From Ignavibacteria bacterium UBA2373 (GTDB lineage Bacteria > Bacteroidota > Ignavibacteria > Kapaibacteriales > UBA961), in contig DDTD01000043.1 in the NCBI GenBank assembly GCA_002344005.1, positions 1,746-65,745 of the forward strand: DNA of 64,000 nucleotides, in the 5' to 3' direction. Under the pieces are notes generated by a model. That model did no database searches. It was not told the origin of the DNA and saw only the letters and a list, made by a program, of their open reading frames with translations. The stretch's first letter is position 1; every line of letters starts with the position of its first letter. This document shows, piece after piece, positions 60,601 through 64,000 of the stretch. The position numbers and the translations under genes were made by a program.

Positions 60601-61677
60601 TTATATTATACAATGCTTTGCGTAGAGATTGTATAGAGAATGATTGACAGATTGATAGCTATGATAGGTCTGTACCCATTTTTTCCCATGCAGACCTATT
60701 TTTTTTCGATTATCTTTATTCTCAATAAGAAACACTAACTTTTCCTCTAATTCTTTATGAGAATTGGCAATCACAAATGGATTTTCAGGTATCCATTCAC
60801 TGTATTCATCGGTCATATTCGTAATTGTTGGAATTTCCATTGCCAGAGTTTCTAATCCTGATTTTCCATATCCCGTTCCTCCTTGAGTACCACCGACTTG
60901 ATCAATACAAATATCGCAATGCTTTTTTATTTCAAGAACTTCTTGACGAGGCATATTCTCCAGAAGATAAAAATCAATGGGAAATGACTTTCTAAGTCTG
61001 TCTATACATGATATAATGCCATCTGTACCTTTGAATTGACGATTTGTGGGAGAATGAACTATTTTAATTGTGTTACCTGCATTAGGAATAGGAGTAGGTA
61101 ATTCACTTGTATCATAAGGATAAAAAATATAGTGCAAATTATCCATTAATTCAAGGTGATCATACTCGCTAGTGATTCTCATATCTGATATTTCTTCCAG
61201 TTCTTTGATGATTCCTCGTGAACGTAAATCACTACCGTAGTAACAAGTTACAATTTTCTTTCCTTCTTTTTTCCAAACTAATGCCTGTTTGGGTTTACGG
61301 GTAAAATCCATACCACCGTCAAAATGAATTATATCAAAATCATTGAGGTGTTCTTTTTCTAATAATTCTGCAACAGAATACTGACGTACAATGTCAGAAA
61401 GTGAAAAATATATGTGTTCAAAAAAATTTTTGGGTTTAAAAATCGGTGCTTGATTATGAGTAGTTGTATATGTATCATCACGTTTTTTTTTTCTCCAAAA
61501 CGATGCTAAAGAAGAGCGCGAGACATAGAAATTTAATGTAATATCTTCTTTAAATCCGCGAATATTTGGATATTGTGTTATAAGTCGCGAGTAATCCCCA
61601 CATTCATTGTGCATTCGTGCAAAGTCATAAGGAACACCTGCATAATTTTCAACAGCAACATGCAATATTTTTTTCAC
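60601..61677 (-). CDS. glycosyltransferase, family 4-like
   Basis: A C-terminal EX7E-like motif (GYGKSGLETLAMEIPTIT) is present. Confidence 0.55.
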   Translation of the reverse strand: MKKILHVAVENYAGVPYDFARMHNECGDYSRLITQYPNIRGFKEDITLNFYVSRSSLASFWRKKKRDDTYTTTHNQAPIFKPKNFFEHIYFSLSDIVRQYSVAELLEKEHLNDFDIIHFDGGMDFTRKPKQALVWKKEGKKIVTCYYGSDLRSRGIIKELEEISDMRITSEYDHLELMDNLHYIFYPYDTSELPTPIPNAGNTIKIVHSPTNRQFKGTDGIISCIDRLRKSFPIDFYLLENMPRQEVLEIKKHCDICIDQVGGTQGGTGYGKSGLETLAMEIPTITNMTDEYSEWIPENPFVIANSHKELEEKLVFLIENKDNRKKIGLHGKKWVQTYHSYQSVNHSLYNLYAKHCII

Positions 61678-62645
61678 GATAATTCACAGTAAAATGTATC
61701 TCGAAAAATTCCTCTTGAGCCAAAATTTTCCTTGAAACGTGCAAGACCCCAATTGGGTTCCATGTTAACGGTAAAAATACCGAAATCAAGGTAATCAAAT
61801 CCTTCTCGTGATGATTGTTTCATAATTTCATAAAACAAAGTATTGACCGGACGATATTCTTGATATTCTTCATCATGGCTTATATAAAATGCAAGTACAA
61901 CTTTAGAATTTGCTGAAAAATTACATACACCTGCAATAAGTTTATCGTCTAAAAACGCACCCCATAATCGAATTGCTTCGGGGAATTTTCTTTTGAGTCG
62001 CAATAATTCCTCGAGTGAATGTGTTGGTGACACACCATGTCTCATTTTCAAATTTTTTGACAGTATAGCATAATATTGTTCGAATTGATCAGTTTCTATA
62101 ATCCTTACAGCATTCTTTTGGGCTTTACGTATAGCTCTTCTGGCTTCTTCTCTATATAAAGATATGATTTTGTCTTCGTGTTTGGGTAATTCAACGACAC
62201 TCGAAATTTCACGCTTAAGGTAGGTGAAGTTGTGACGAATCAAAGCGAAATCAATGTAATTAGATACATGCTTTTGATAAATTATAGGATTGAGAGTAAT
62301 CTGAATGGCATCGCAGTCCATTGAACTTGCCGTTTCTTTGAGGAGCCGAACACAGTCATGCGCATCCTTGAAGTTCAAATCATCTGTATGCACGAACCCA
62401 CCATATGATGCTCCTGAATGAGATGAAAGTATGCGTTTACCATTTCTTTCGATGATTACCGCAGGAAACAGCGCAAAAAGTTTATCATTCTTTGTGAGTA
62501 CTAAAGAAGAATCCCTAAAGCGATCTTGAGGGTGATATGATAAAAAGTTTCGCGTATGGAAGATGGTACCATTGTTTGATGATTCAACAAAAGAATCCCA
62601 TTCTTTTTCTGATATATTTGAACTGATGAAAGGGTATATCTTCAT
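61674..62645 (-). CDS. FemAB-like/GNAT-fold acyltransferase
   Basis: The architecture resembles the peptidoglycan-bridge FemAB family and BioF2-like acetyltransferases. It overlaps the glycosyltransferase gene by 4 bp. Confidence 0.5.
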   Translation of the reverse strand: MKIYPFISSNISEKEWDSFVESSNNGTIFHTRNFLSYHPQDRFRDSSLVLTKNDKLFALFPAVIIERNGKRILSSHSGASYGGFVHTDDLNFKDAHDCVRLLKETASSMDCDAIQITLNPIIYQKHVSNYIDFALIRHNFTYLKREISSVVELPKHEDKIISLYREEARRAIRKAQKNAVRIIETDQFEQYYAILSKNLKMRHGVSPTHSLEELLRLKRKFPEAIRLWGAFLDDKLIAGVCNFSANSKVVLAFYISHDEEYQEYRPVNTLFYEIMKQSSREGFDYLDFGIFTVNMEPNWGLARFKENFGSRGIFRDTFYCELS

Positions 62646-62771
62646 AAATATCTAAAGTGATTGTATCAAAAATACGAAGCAAAACGCAGTGTTTTAACTG
62701 ATTATTGCGATTTGGTAACTAATTTGTAGTACGAAAAGTATAAATTTCAGAAATTTTGATTGTCGTATCAA

Positions 62772-64000
62772 TGAAGAAGTTCGTCTGTAAATATATATAT
62801 ATTATACTCTTAAGTGCAATAGTTGCTGTTTCAGTACGTGCCGGCGAGTTAAGATTGCCTGATTATATACTACAAGGCACTGTCATTTCGGTTATGTATA
62901 AACCCTCTAAGAATCCTTTGACCGATAACCATACTCTGATAGCATATTGTTATACTTCATCGAATGTGAAGCCGACTGCCTATCAAAGTTCGTTTTCTGA
63001 CAATGGTGAGGCAACACTTGCTATACCTCGTGATGCTGTCTATGTAATGTTCAAAGTCATGACAGGGAAAGTGGCAGATGATAATGGGCAACAGTTCTGG
63101 GATATGCCGATTATGGACAAAGATAAAAAGATTCCGGAGAATGCCTATTTCAGAGCAGCTATATCCTATCTGGGGCAGCTTCCCGAAAACTGTAAGCGTG
63201 CAGTTTCTTCGGCAAAGGCAGAAGAGATGCTCCGCCAAGAGTTGAATCTGTATCCTGAAAATATACTTGCAAAAGCCGGTATTGCGATGCTTGCCCATGA
63301 CAATAAAAAAATCACAAAACTTGAATTCGAGAAGCAAATTCGTGGACTCTTCGCGGCAGTAAAAGATTGGTCAAGAGAAGAGATTGTACGTTCTGCATGG
63401 AGGTCATTCAATGCGATTGGCGAAAAAAAGAAAGCTGATTCTATTGCTAAAGCTTTTGTGACGAAACATCCAACATCCGAGTTTGCCGAGGATTATGGGC
63501 TTGATGTTCTGCAAAGACTGAATGACCAAAAGCAAGTGATAGAGTTAGGAATGAGTTATATACTGCATTTTCCTCACTCTAAGGAAATGCCTATGCTTGC
63601 ACAGGGATTAGCGCCTGTTGCAGCTTCACTTTCAGTATTGGATAGTTTGATAGAGCGATATTCAAAAGAAAAGTATAGAAATCCTTTTGTTGTGTCTTTG
63701 TTTGCATTTATTCAAGTGGATGCCGATTCAACAAAAATCCCCGCGGCAATTGCATATTTAACGAAAGAACGAGAGGCATTTATCAAATCAGGAGCTCGGC
63801 ATTTCAAGCCGCGATGGTTGTCAGAAATGGAATGGACAGAAAAAGAAGAGTCACTAATGGCACAAATAACTGCAACTCGCGGTTTTATTTATGAGCGAAA
63901 CAATCAAAAAATGTATGCAATTGCCGATTTAGAAGATGTTGTCACGCAATATCCGCTTTCCTGTCATGAAGTGATATATGATAAACTTGTGACATTACTT
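62772..64000 (+). CDS. hypothetical secreted protein, partial; runs off the window end
   Basis: An open frame from the ATG at 62772 (MKKFVCKYIYIILLSAIVAVSVRA, a signal peptide) runs to position 64000 with no stop. It is not in the ORF track because it is truncated. Confidence 0.5.

Noticed and set aside
1-64000. Mobile element, prophage or integron interpretation of the repeat locus and the skewed blocks
   Set aside because: No integrase, transposase, recombinase, reverse transcriptase or phage structural gene is recognisable anywhere in the window. No flanking tRNA or att-like direct repeats bound the blocks. I report the compositional discontinuity as a finding, but I cannot support a mobile-element call.
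1-64000. tRNA or rRNA genes in intergenic gaps
   Set aside because: I scanned the gaps at 3290-3476, 10768-10885, 17151-17282, 36903-37079, 37482-38021 and 44958-45102 for cloverleaf hallmarks (GTTCGAATCC-type T-loops, TAGCTCAG D-loops, 3' CCA context) and found none.

Overview
This is a 64-kb, AT-rich (about 35% GC) chromosomal segment that looks like a Fibrobacteres-Chlorobi-Bacteroidetes (FCB) group bacterium. I infer the lineage from gene content only: several type IX secretion system (T9SS) C-terminal sorting domains, many tetratricopeptide-repeat (TPR) proteins, a sigma-54 activator, and a mix of Shine-Dalgarno-bearing and Shine-Dalgarno-less genes. That pattern would fit Bacteroidota or Ignavibacteriota.

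Most of the window is densely packed with housekeeping and cell-envelope genes:
- mnmE (partial), queA, rmlA, gyrA, prfA, folD, maf, rsmB, rimO, hutI and sppA;
- an extracytoplasmic-function (ECF) sigma factor with its anti-sigma factor;
- transporters, and a cluster of a glycosyltransferase, a FemAB-like protein and an O-antigen-ligase-like protein;
- a PAS histidine kinase, a receiver, and an NtrC-type sigma-54 activator, followed by a candidate sigma-54 promoter and a degenerate receiver gene.

I found no rRNA, tRNA, CRISPR array, transposase or integrase.

Two things stand out.

1. A roughly 1-kb non-coding locus at 21.4-22.3 kb lies between a giant T9SS cargo gene and a hypothetical gene encoding fibronectin type III (FN3) domains. 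It contains:
- an exact 63-bp-period tandem array, with each unit carrying a GC-clamped triloop hairpin;
- an embedded 237-bp hairpin-rich segment inside that array;
- eleven exact-period 21-bp direct repeats with phased A-tracts, directly abutting the array.

2. Two blocks (1-2290 and about 22330-27215) show extreme G+T enrichment on the + strand. The enrichment is independent of gene orientation and has sharp boundaries at gene junctions. A normal-composition AT-rich island (23520-24240) with a small ORF and duplicated terminators sits inside the second block.

A duplicated structured element upstream of rimO, and a cluster of hypothetical secreted proteins, are also worth a look.
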